DNA from: the human T2T-CHM13v2.0 reference genome, Homo sapiens | Assembly: GCF_009914755.1 (NCBI RefSeq) | Contig: NC_060928.1 | Reading direction: 5' to 3' (one strand) | DNA length: 64,000 nucleotides | Shown here: positions 24,521 through 36,348 of the stretch, in pieces | Position numbering within the stretch: the stretch's first letter is position 1 | Layout of the letters: the number at the start of each line of letters is the position of its first letter | Made by a program: the position numbers and the translations under genes | Notes under the pieces: model-generated | What the model saw: only the letters and a program-made list of their open reading frames with translations | The model's database searches: none | Told to the model about the DNA's origin: nothing

Positions 24521-24974
24521 CCCTATGTGCAACAGGAATGGTAGTGGCACCTTCCTCACAGGGTTGCTGTGAGGTTTAAGGCTGTCATTCCTATTAAACA
24601 GGCAGAGCAGCGCCTGTTTCCAAGTGAGCACTCACTTTGTTTTCCCAGCACTTGCCCTTTCTGGGGATCAGGGATAATTCATGGTGGGGCTGGCACCTGA
24701 GTCTCACTGCCCACGGCCAGTACTGTTGCTGTCGTGGTTGTTGTGCACCCAGCAGCACATCCAGGAAAAAATGTTTGGTACAGACGGCAGAGCCAGGTAC
24801 TGCCTCGGAAGGCTGCAGGGGTCTCTCCCCCAGCAGGGCACAACCCAGGTGTGAGGCAAGACAGCAAACCTTTCCTAGGCTCCTCTTTTGCTGGAGCTTG
24901 GGTTATGAATGGGGACTTAGGGGACATAGCCCTGTCCCCTGCCCCCAAGGAGCCCTGGCCACAAGGCATCCTAA

Positions 24975-25430
24975 TGGGCTGAATGGTGGCCCCGAAATAG
25001 ACATCGAAATGGTGGCTCACATGCTAATACCCAGGCCCTGCAATGTGACCTTATTTGAAAAGGGATTTTTGCAGCGTCATGAAGTGAAAGACTCAAGCAC
25101 TCAAGAGATCATCCCATATTATCCAAGGGACTCTAAATGCAATCACAAGTGTCCTTATCAGAGACAGGAGAGGAGCCACAGGCACACAGAGAGGCCCCAT
25201 GGAGACAGAGGCAGAGACCGCGGCCGCACGCCAGGGAGGGCTGGAGGCGCGGAGGTGGAAGGGGCAGGAAGGATGCTTCCCTGGAGTCTGCAGAGGGAGC
25301 GCAGCCCTGCCCACGCCTTGAATTTGGACTCTAGCCTCCAAGAGAATGAATTTCTGTTGTCTGAAGCCACACAACTTGTGGGACTTTTTTTTTTTTTTTT
25401 TTTACAGCAGATGCAGGGAATGAATATAGC
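24975..25430 (+). mobile_element. MaLR LTR (MLT1B/C-like)
   Basis: gggctgaatggtggccc...aatgtgaccttatttgaaaa...gagatcatcc...ttggactctagcctcca...aatttctgttgtctgaagccac. Confidence 0.8.
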
Positions 25431-26519
25431 TGTGATATGGGCAGTTATGCAGAGACACACTGATATTCTAAGCTGATGCTCAGCCAATCAGACCCACCCG
25501 GGGGCCTTGGCCTATATCTGGATCCGTGTTATTTATTGCTGAGCATTTTCATGGAGACCCAGCTGGGATATAAAATGGCAGTTACCCAATAACACAAACC
25601 ATCATGGGAAAATCATCCTTCTACCTGCCCTGAGGACAGCAGAAAGGCATCTGCACCAAGCACTAGACAGGGCAGAAGCCCTCTGGGTGATGTCCCTGGG
25701 TCCCCATCCTGCCTGCCTTGTCAGGGTTCTATGAGCTTGTAAGACACAAAGACTTGCGGCACATTCCCCGGGCCTCCCTTCAGCTCCAGACCACACAGCA
25801 AACGATGTGCAGCCATTTGCTGGGTGTGCGGCTTGTCCGAAGTCTAGCACAGAGGGACCTGTCTGCAGCCAATCTATAGGCAACACTCACACTCATACTC
25901 ACACACAGAGACACAGGCTCACACCCATGCACGTGCCCCACCCTCTCCCAGCCGCCGGCAGCTCCTCTCCTGCAGACCAAGGCCAGAGTCTGGGGAGAAC
26001 TCGAGACCCCTGTGACATGGAGTCCTGGGTTTCTGCAGGGCCTGCTCTTGGTACCACATCTCACAAAGAAGCTGGACTCTGGGCCAGGGGCCCCATCTGT
26101 AGTCACTGAGTCGAGTGAGCAGGAGACAGAGTGATGCCACATGGGCAAGAAGGAGCTGGCTCCTCCCGGCCCCTGGGACTGTCTGCCCAACAGGACCATT
26201 GATGAAGCTTCTTCTGCAGAGAGGAAGGCTACCCTCTAGACCACAGCATCCTATGCAGATAATACAGGCAGCTGAATGCTCTGTGCATGGATTTGCCACA
26301 TGTATGGCGTTCCCTAGAAACTCTGGGAGGCTGCTCGCAGTGTGATCCCCTTGGCTCCTGACTCTGTCTGCCTGTGTTGATAAGACCTGGTGGGTCCCAA
26401 GGAAAAGAGCCTGCCCTGCCCCCCAACTCCCACATCCAATGAAGGCAGCCCTGAGTCTCTGAGAGCCAACTCCGAGGGTAACCTAAACAAGCCACAGCCA
26501 TCAGTGGGAGGCAAAAGAT

Positions 26520-27295
26520 CTGTACCACCATGTGCCTGTCCCAACCTTGCACTTTGAAACAGATAATTTGTTTGCTAGTTTCCCAGCTCCACAGATGGAT
26601 TTTACCCAGAGCTCACCCACATCTGGTTTAGATGACTCAGATGATAAGGTTTGGAACTTTTGATCTGGTGATATTTAGATGAGACTTTTGACTTTGAATG
26701 AATGCTGTAATGAGATGAGAACTTTGGAAACCTTGATGGGGTGAATGTATTTTACTTGAAGACTGATGCGTGTCCTTGGGGGTCAGGGGAGGGACTGCAC
26801 TGGAGAGAATAGTGACCCCCTCAAAGATGGCCACATCCCGAGCCCCAGAACCTGCATGTATGTTACCTTATGTGGCAGAGGAGGAGTGAGGTTGCAGAAG
26901 GAATTAAGGCTGCTCATCAGCAGACAGGAAGATGACCTGGGTTATCTGGAGGGGCCTAGTGTCAGCACATGGATCCTTAACATTGGAAGAGGTAGGCAGG
27001 AGAGAGAGTCAGAGAAGATGTGATGGTGGAAACACGGTCAGAGAGATGCAGCGTTGCTAGCTTTGAAGATGAAGGAAGGGGCCATGAGCCAAGGAATGCC
27101 GGTGCCTCTAGAAGCTGGAAAAGGCAAGGAAAGGGAAGCTCCTCTGGAGCCTCCAGAAAGGAATGCGATTCCACTGACACTTAACTGTAGCCGCATGCCA
27201 GGCTTCTGCCCTCCAGAGCTGTGGGAGAATACGTGTGTGTTGTCTGAAGCCACTGGGTTTGTGACCATCTGTTATAGCAGCTGCTGGAAGCTCAG
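26520..27295 (+). mobile_element. MaLR internal 3' end, polypurine tract and MLT1D-like LTR
   Basis: tgcctgtccca..ttg...gataatttgttt...gatatttagatgagactttt (MLT-int end); G-rich PPT near 26780; LTR cccagaacctgcatgtatgttacctta...gaagctggaaaaggcaaggaa. Confidence 0.75.
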
Positions 27296-28376
27296 ACCCC
27301 AGTCTGCTGGTTTCATCATCATGGCTGCTGTTGTTCTCCCCATAAGGACCTGCTGGAGTTGTGAGAATTCAGTGAGAGGACACATTTTAAGCTCAGTGCC
27401 TGTAACATAGAAGCACTTAATAACTGTATGCCGTTACTATCCTAGAGGGAATCTTTGGTTATGGGCCTTTGGGCAGGTTGCACCCCCTCTGAGCCTCAGT
27501 TTCCCATGGTGCATGCTGCATATACAGGTGCAGAAACAGCTTCTGGCCTGGCACACAGGAGGCCTTGATAAGTGGTGGGCATTCCCGTGCCTCTTCACAC
27601 CACACTAGTGGGTCTTGATAAATACGGGTCAAAACCCTCCATGAAATAAGGAACTTGCAGGAAAAGACCCTCTCTGGGAGCAAACCACTCGGTTGAACTA
27701 TGTGAAGTTGCTGATAGTTGCACGTTTCTTATAGGTCAACTTAGTAACCACTCTTGGATATGTTTGGGTCACTGCCATGGGCCTCTTAGGAAACCTTGAG
27801 AAAGGGACCAGGTTAGCCCTGAGCAATGAAGGCAAGTGGAGCCCTGTCCCGGGTGTTCTAGGGTAAGCATGGACCCTCCTGTCTTCATTCCTTGGCATGT
27901 TTGTATGGGGATTGAGCTGGGGGTCCGCAGAGGCAAGCCCAGAGGCAATTCTATTGGTCCAGGATGTGTGGTCCAATAGAAAGAAGAGGCACTGGGAGGA
28001 TCTGAGCTCTGAATCAGGACCTCTGAGGCAAGGATGGGGTGACTCTGAGGGACAGGCAGGTCAGGGCTCCAGAACCCCACTTGCCATCTGATGGTTGGTG
28101 TCTGGACCTGGGAGAACAGCTCAGCACCATGAAAATCATTCAGGCTTCAGAGCTAGACAGAACTAGCTTCCCACTAAAACTGGGGCCAGAGTCTTGAATC
28201 CCTGGCCCCTCTAAACCTCACTCACCTCTAGAATGTGTCTCAGCTGCTGGACATTGTGACTGTGAAATGAGGCCACATGTGCAGAGCACTTTAGCAAGGG
28301 GCTGGAGCATGGTGGATACTTGGTCATCAGAGTGCTCCAGTGTAAGTTTACAGTCCTTCTTTTATTTTTGTCCCAG

Positions 28377-28523
28377 GTCAGAGGGGTGAAAGGAGTCTTC
28401 CTGGCAAACCAAAAAATTGATGGGAAAGTGATGACGCTTATAACCTACAACAAGGGCCGCGACTGGGATTACCTGAGGCCACCCAGCATGGACATGAATG
28501 GAAAACCAACCAACTGCAAGCCT
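28377..28523 (+). CDS. SORCS2: SORCS2 exon 10 (147 nt, phase 0-0), Asp-box ITYNKGRDW
   Basis: ttttgtcccag|GTC; encodes VRGVKGVFLANQKIDGKVMTLITYNKGRDWDYLRPPSMDMNGKPTNCKP; donor CCT|gtaagt. Confidence 0.98.
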
Positions 28524-28724
28524 GTAAGTACCTCTGCTCACATCACAAACCATCCTTGGCGTGGATGACAGATATAACTTCAGTAATCAAGAAGGTCAGA
28601 GGTGGTGATGTCTGAGAAGGACCATCTGAGACACATGAACCACCTATTTCTGCTGGGTGTGGTAGAGAGGGTCAAATGAAACTCCTTGTTTTACAGAAAA
28701 GTTAATTGGAGGTCAGAGAGGGAA

Positions 28725-29260
28725 GTATATCAGTTTTTGACACAGAATTGCTGTGCAATAAACCACCCAAAACAACAACATTTACTCCCCAGATCTACAG
28801 GTGGGCTCAGCTGGGCGGCTCTGCTGATCTTGTCTGGGCTGAGCTGGGCAGCTCTGCTGACCTTGGCTGGGATCAGCTGAGCGGCTCTGCTGACCTTGGC
28901 TGGGATCAGCTGAGCGGCTCTGCTGACCTTGGCTGGGCTCAGCTGAGTGGCTCTGCTGACCTTGGCTGGGCTCAGCTGAGCGGCTCTGCTGATCTTGTCT
29001 GGGCTCAGCTGGGTGGCTCTGCTGATCTTGTCTGGGCTTGCTCATATGTCAGGGAATGGACTGATTTAGGCTGGTCTCTGCTCTGCACATCTTGCATCCT
29101 TCTCCTGGAACCAGCTTAATTCTCATGGTGATACCAGAAGTACAAGAGGATAAACAGAAACAGGCAAGTACAATTCAAGCCTGCTGGTACATCTGCTAAA
29201 TCTTACTGGTCAACATCAAGGACCTGGGAATTGTACTCTGCCCATGGGAGTGAGGGCTGA
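28725..29260 (-). mobile_element. Old MaLR/ERVL LTR relic containing an internal VNTR
   Basis: ttgctgtgcaataaaccacccaaaacaacaacattta...gggctcagctgggc...ttctcatggtg...gtacaagagg. Confidence 0.6.
28803..29038. repeat. 33-bp VNTR, 7 copies (GGGCTCAGCTGAGCGGCTCTGCTGACCTTGGCT-like)
   Basis: Units start at 28803, 28836, 28869, 28902, 28935, 28968 and 29001; 11-aa periodicity in the ORF track. Confidence 0.95.
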
Positions 29261-30993
29261 GGAGCAGACACTTGCTTCTAATCTGCCATGGAGGGCAGTG
29301 TACCATCGCACTGCCAGTAAGTGATAGAGCTGGGCCAGAGTTCAGACATCCTGAGCCCCAAAGCTGGTCCACTATCCCAGGGGCACCTTTCTACATGAAT
29401 AGAAATATCGACTGCCTGAGTCCTTGGTTGCCTAGAGTGGAGAATCTCTCAAAGTAGCTGGGACTCTTGCCCGCTCTCATGTGGCTACCAGGGATCCAGG
29501 TGGTACACAGGCCCATGCTGGTGAGGAAGGAGAGACAGAGCTGTAAGGAGCCCTGGTCCTAGCTAAGGTGAGCACTCAGCTGCCAGGGACCAGTGGATGC
29601 AAGGGAGGAAGAGGCGAAATGGGCCAAGAGAATTTGACCAGGCTTCTCACTCCCCTTCCAACACCCCTGTGAGACATGGCCTCTCCCGGGGCTTCTCTCC
29701 TTGCATACCGCAGGGAGCTCACCACCACCAGCATCCCTGCCCCTTCCTAGGTGCTGGGCAACTCAGGGTGGGAGAAGGGTCTAGTGTTAGAGCCGCACAG
29801 AGCTGCAGTCTTAGCCCCCTGACTATGTGATCTTGGCTACATCAACCAGTGCCTCTGAGCCTCTGTTGAAAACGGAGGAAGATGATAAACATCCCTTTGG
29901 CATTGGAGTGAGGATGAGATGAAAGAATGCAGAGACTGGCCTATGCCTGACATGGAGCAATCTGCAAGGAAGAGCCAATCCCTTCCCTTTCAAGCTCTCC
30001 CTCTTTCTACGCTGTCCCCAAGGCCTAGAATGCCCTTTCCCTTTTCCTCATCCAGCAAGCTCCTACTAACACCTGAAAACCCTACCCACATGTTCCCTCC
30101 ACTGAGGAGCCCTTCACTGGGCATACTGCTTCTCTGTCTGTTTCCCACTGTCACCCATAAGCCCTTCTTAGAGACTGCACCCTGGGGACACCTGAAACCA
30201 CCCATCACTCTTCCTCAGCTTCCTCATGTGTAAAATAGAAAGAACAAAAGTACCCGTTTGACAGGTTTATATTCAGCAAATCTGCGTGAGCACTTGCAAT
30301 GTGCCAGGCACTGTTCTGCAGGCTCAGAACACACCAACCAGCAAAACAGAAGACAATTCCCTGTCTTCCTGGGATTCCACCTGGCACACAGCAGGGCTCA
30401 GAAAATGGTGAGCCCCCTCCCCACCACCACCACCAGCCCCAGTGTTGGCCCATGGAGGCCGTGGTACTAAGAGGGGAGGAATTCCTCCTCCCAGAGAGCC
30501 CTGACCCTGGGGCCAGGGTGGGACTCTGTGGCCCCCAGGGCAACCCCTTGCTCTAAGCTGAGGCTTGAGCTCTGACTCGTGAACACTCACCTCTCAGGGG
30601 CTGGCTGCCCGCCTCTGCTCAAGCCCCGCTCCTGCTGATAACACCTGTCGACCTGTGTGGAGAATTAATTACCAGCCCTTTGTAAAAACGCTTCCCAGAA
30701 CAGAATTGCTGTGAAAGGGCTAATTTTTGTATCATCATTGGCAAAGTTAAGCCATATTAATCTGTCAAAGCAAGTTTTTGCTAAGAATAGACTCTTGTCT
30801 GCGATTATGCAGCTCAGTGAGGAGATAACCTCGGTGAGATTTATGTCCTGGCCTTGAAATAATGAAATGGGAGCAAACTGGTGAGCGTGTGGCCTCAGGC
30901 AGGCATGTGGGAACCCGACTGGGCACGGGGGAATGCAGAGCCAAGTGCATGGAGCCCACGTGGGTACAACAGACATCAAATTACAGCCTCACG

Positions 30994-31321
<328 letters not shown>

Positions 31322-33309
31322 TCAGAAGGCCTGGGCTATCCTGTGTGTGTGGCCATGGCATCTCCAAGGGTGAAAGTGCAGGGGCAGGACAAGTTGGGCC
31401 ACTCACAGCACCTCCTGACTGTGTCCCTCCTGCAGCCACACAGCCTCTCAATGAATGGGCAAACTGTACCTGAGGACTTAGCGCTCATAAAAGTGATGCC
31501 TGATTATTGCAGAATGCTTGGAAGATACATAAAGGTATAAAAAGGGAAATAAGGTATCACCAGAATCACACCATCCAGAAAAACAATAACTGGGCATTTT
31601 TGTTCTTTACAATCTTTTCGCTCATACACACGTTATGAAGTTGTCATTGGGATCCCACACGTGCGTGATTTTTCAGCCCTCTGTTTTTCTCTGAACTCTG
31701 GGTCACAAATCTTTGCTCAGGCCACTTGACCAGCTTCCCGTCTGGGGATACCTCCTTCCCTCAATGGGGAAATGCAGGGATGGCTTTAACAGGAGTGGTG
31801 TGATCAGATCTGTTTTAGGATGATTCAGCTTCATTGGAAAGTGGTTTGAATCTGTTTGCATCTTGAATTCAGCATAAAACTTCATTCACCGTGCAGTCCA
31901 TGGTCACTCTTCTAAGGCGTGAGGCTGCAGTGAGTGCCAGGCGTCCAGGTGGCTGGTGCTGCATCTCCCGGCCCTGGTCCATCTGGTAGGCTTTGGTGAT
32001 TTGCTAGACACTTCTTTAGGGCACCCTCTGGCCCCTATGTGCCAAACGGACAGAGAAGGGAGAGTCCTGGAGCAGTGTGAGTCCCCAGCTTGGCCTGCCT
32101 CCAGCCCTGCAGGAACCCGGGCCCACCTCGGTCAACACTGGAGCATTCTGCATGCACTCCCAGGGTCACAGCCTGCCCCGGGGTTCTCCTGTCCTCGTCC
32201 CTGGGTGGCCTCAGAGGAAGCCCTGTCTCTGACCACATGCACCCAAGGCGGGTTCTGGGGCTCCTGATGCGCACTGGCCTGCCACCTGTGCAGGACATCC
32301 TGGTGCCCCATGGGCAGGCACCTCCAAGCCTGCCGGCATTGCCCTTCTTTTCACCTGGTGTCCCAGGCTTGCGTGGGAGTGCGTGTGTCAGACACCAGCA
32401 TGGCACCTGCAGCTGCCCCAGGAGAAGGGGGAGCCGTCTGTTTGGCCGTCAGCAGGCCGCAAGGCGAATGCAAAAGGGTTCATAGAGCCGCCTGTGTTCA
32501 CCAGTGGCCTGCAGGCCGTAACTGGCCACCCCACAGGGAACCCTGAGGAGGGTTCCACTTCTCTGGCCTGAGTGCCAGGCAACCAGAATAGGCCACTAGT
32601 GGCGAGGGGTGGGGAGAGGTAGCTAGGGTTTGTGAAGCAGCACCCTCTAATTCAACTCTAAGCACTGTGCACGCAGCAAGTGACCAGATGTGCACAGCTC
32701 ATCGGGGGAACGGGAGAGGTTGACGGAGACCAACCCATGAGCTCTGGCCTTCTAGGAAACCTAGAACAGCAAAGCATGGCAGAGCCAGGGCGTCCTCTGC
32801 CGGGCACACTGCTGCTGGGGACTCCTGCACTACACCTTCTCCTTCTCCTGATTAGAGCTGCCTTCTGCAGCGCAGAAGCCCAACCCTGCCTACCAAGATC
32901 ACAGCAGCCTCCCTCCTCAGCAAGTCGCCTCTGTCTTTCTGCCTGAGCTAGCTGGGGTGGGGCAGGAGGGTAGGACTGAAAGGTGCCAGCAAGTCTATTC
33001 ACTCGTAGGCCTGCTTTTCCACTGTAAGACATCAGAAAAATCTATTGCAGCGGGCAACGTCTTAACACCTCACAGGTTTTCATTGGGGCCCATTTGTCAC
33101 CATTGGATCCAGGTGTTTCCGGAACCCTCAGATGGCTCTCCAGGGGTGACACAGTGCCCAGGCTCCTGCCACCCGAGGCCCTGTGGTATTCAGCTCCGGG
33201 CTCCCCAGGTTCCACTGGGGATGGTCTCAGTCCCTCAGTCATCTTCAGGATGTGCGTCTGCAATGGACACAGGGCCACCTTTCAGCTGAATTTTCAACCT
33301 TTCTTTTTT

Positions 33310-33585
33310 TGGTTTTTAACAGCTTTGTTGAGATGTCACATCCTGCACAGTTCACCTTTCAAATGCATAGTTCAGTGGCTTTTAGTCTATTCACAGAGTT
33401 GTGCCACCATCACCACTGTCCCTTTTAGGACATTTTCACCACCCAAAAAAGGAAGGCCCCGATCCTTAGCTGTCACCTCGCTATCCCCCATCAGCCTCCA
33501 GCCCCTAGCAACCAACTGTCCGTTCCTGGCTCTGTAGATTCCCTGCTCCGGGCATTGCTCATGGGTGAATCGTACAACATGTAAT
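33310..33585 (-). mobile_element. L1MB-type 3' end, antisense
   Basis: tttaacagctttgttgagat...gttcagtggcttttagtctattcacagagttgtgc...acattttcaccaccc...cccctagcaacca. Confidence 0.8.
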
Positions 33586-35090
33586 ACAACCAGTACATCT
33601 GTTAAACCCTTGAGCAGACAAATAAAGCCTGTCTGCCAACTGCGGCCACCACCTGGTCGCATCTTATCCAAGTCAATATCCAATTTCCTGAATGGTTTAA
33701 CTTTTAAGTTAGAGTCACCTGTGTAAAACGTAAGCAATTCATGGGCCAGAAGAAAGTGTTATAAAGACATGAAATGAAGAGAGAGGATACCTCTGACGTG
33801 ATGTTAGTAGATGATATGATACCGCAATGACGAGGGGATTCTGGAATGACCCCTGCAGAGCGGGTCAGCAGGCCTCACCGTCACTGTCTTCATTTTGCAG
33901 ATGAGGAAACTGAGTCCCAAGGCTGCCCAGAAAATTAGTGGTGTCTCCTAAGTTACAATTTGGATCTCTGAGTACCCAGTTCTAGCGTACTTCTAAGCTG
34001 GAGATTTTTAACAGAAAAAAGTAATTTTAAGGTGGCAAATACAATGTTTACCATTCTTATCAGTAAACAATTGGGCAGTATCTTGCCCAGGGGAAGGGCT
34101 GGACCCCAGAGCTGTGCCATAGTAATCCAATATCCTGTGAAGCAGAGGTTATTGCCCCATCTCACAGAGAAGAAAGAAAGGCACAGAGAGGCTAAGCATT
34201 TTTCATAAGGCCACACTGCCATTTAGAGGAGGTACGAGGAGTCCAAGCCCTGCCCTTTCTGTGACCAGCCTGAGGATTGCACTGCCTCACTTCACCCTAT
34301 GGAGTTCCCTGACTTGGGGAAATTAGGAAGGCTGAGCCCAGAGTCATTACCCCACAAAGCCTTTTGGCATCTGTTGGTTCAGTGGGGTCTCTCGTGGTGC
34401 ACCCAAGGAGGGCTCGGCCAGCCAGACCTCTGGGACCCAGTATCTCAGGCTGCCAGAGAGAGATCAGGAGGAATGGGGTCTCCAGAGACAACCCCCTGGA
34501 GCTCTTGCACACTTAACCCACCCCTCTGTATCTCAAAGTGAGAGGGTCTTACGGGGTGACCCCAGCTGTCCTCTGATGCCAGGGATACTGTGGTCACATA
34601 AGAGGCTCCCAATAAAGGTTCTGGGTAGGTGAATGAATAAGTATGAGCTTGGGCTGTGCAGGCTCCAGGAATCACATCCCATGGCCCGGCACTTGACCCG
34701 GCACTTGGGCTCTTGACCGATGCCCAAGAGCCCTCAGTGGGAGAAGCCCCAGCAGCTGCATCCGTGAGCAGAGGCACCACACCCAGGGGCTGTAGGAGTC
34801 CCTAATCTAGATTAGGGAACCAACAGATCCTCCCGGGTGCCTCACTTGTGCCCACTTCCCCCTCCCAGGCTGTCAGCACAGCACCTGCTGAAGCTTCCCT
34901 TGTACTTCCCACCCTTTCCCTAAAGGTCAGCCTCACACCTGCTTCCCATCCTCCATCCGTTCCTCCAAGGCACTCCTGGCCCAGCCTTCTCTCCCAAAAA
35001 GCCACAGGGGCAGATTTGTCATCAGGCTTAGTTTTCCTAAGGATGCTCCTACTCATGTGTTGACAGTTGCCTCCTTTCTCTTCCTTGCAG

Positions 35091-35193
35091 CCAGACTGCC
35101 ACCTGCACCTGCACCTGCGCTGGGCAGACAACCCCTACGTATCAGGCACCGTGCACACCAAGGACACCGCCCCAGGCCTCATCATGGGTGCAG
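35091..35193 (+). CDS. SORCS2: SORCS2 exon 11 (103 nt)
   Basis: ttccttgcag|CCA; encodes PDCHLHLHLRWADNPYVSGTVHTKDTAPGLIMGA; donor CAG|gtaggt. Confidence 0.98.
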
Positions 35194-35404
35194 GTAGGTG
35201 GCTTCCATCACAGGTGGCTGGCAGGTGCCATTACAGCCCAAGAGTACCTCCAATCTTAAGGGTAAAAAGGGATGGTCATGAGCCTGAGGCCATAGTGTGT
35301 CCTTTAGGAGGCAGTACCACTGCATCTCCAGGAAGCTCAGCTCTCATGGCAAATTCCGAGAAATGAATGCATGGCCCAGGGTGGGCATATGGTATGTGTT
35401 GGCA

Positions 35405-36348
35405 GAATGGAAAGATGGACAGATGGAAGAGTGGATGAATGGATGGATGGACAGACAAATTGATAGATGATGAATGATGGATAGGTGGATGGTGGATGAA
35501 TGATGGCTGGCTGGATGATGGACAGATGGTGAATGGATGGATGGAGGATGGACAGATCAATGGATGGATGATGGATGGATGATGGTGGATGGGTGGTAGA
35601 TGGATGGATGAGTGGATGGATGAGTGGGTTCATGGATGATGTATGATGGATAGATGCTGAATTGATGGATGGATAGATGAATGGATAGATAGATGAATGG
35701 ATGGATGATACATGATGGATGGATGATGGTGGATGGGTGGTGGATACGTGGATGGGTGGGTGGGTGGATGGATGAGTGGATAGACGAGTAGATGGATGGA
35801 TGAGTGGATGAAAGGATGAGTGGGTGGATGGATGATGGATGATGGATAGATGCTGAATTGATAGATGGATAGATGAATGTATGAATGATGCATGATGGAT
35901 GGATGATGGTGAATGGGTGGTGGATAGGTGGAGGGGTGGGTGGGTGGGTGTGTGGATGGATGGATGAGTGGGTGGATGGATGATGAATGATGGATAGATG
36001 CTGAATTGATGGATGGATGATGGTGGGTGTGTGGGTGGGTGGATGGATGGATGGATGAGTGGATGAATGGATGAGTGGGTGGATGGATGATGGATGATGG
36101 ATAGATGCTGAATGGATGGATGGATAGATGAATGGATGGATGATGCATGATGGATGGATGGCGGTGGATGGGTGGTGGATAGGCGGATGGATAGGTGGAT
36201 GGGTGAGTGGATGGATGGATGAGTGGATGGGTGGATGATAGACGGATGATGGGTGATGGATAGATGGTGAATGGATGGATGGATGACGAATGAATGATGA
36301 ATGGATAGAAAAACTGATAGATGGGTAGGTGGATCAATGGATGGATGA
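35405..36348. repeat. Degenerate (TGGA)n array, about 0.95 kb
   Basis: Direct reading; landmark atagatgctgaat recurs at about 35650, 35846, 35994 and 36101. Confidence 0.95.

Noticed and set aside
28100-28140. TCAGCACCATG, a REST/NRSE left half-site
   Set aside because: The right half (GGACAG) is missing.
28803-29038. 33-bp and 27-bp repeats as possible CRISPR arrays
   Set aside because: Units are contiguous with no unique spacers, there are no cas genes, and the context is a primate intron.
28803-29038. Resemblance of GGGCT/GAGCT words to immunoglobulin switch regions
   Set aside because: Far too short, LTR-derived and lacking any Ig gene segments.
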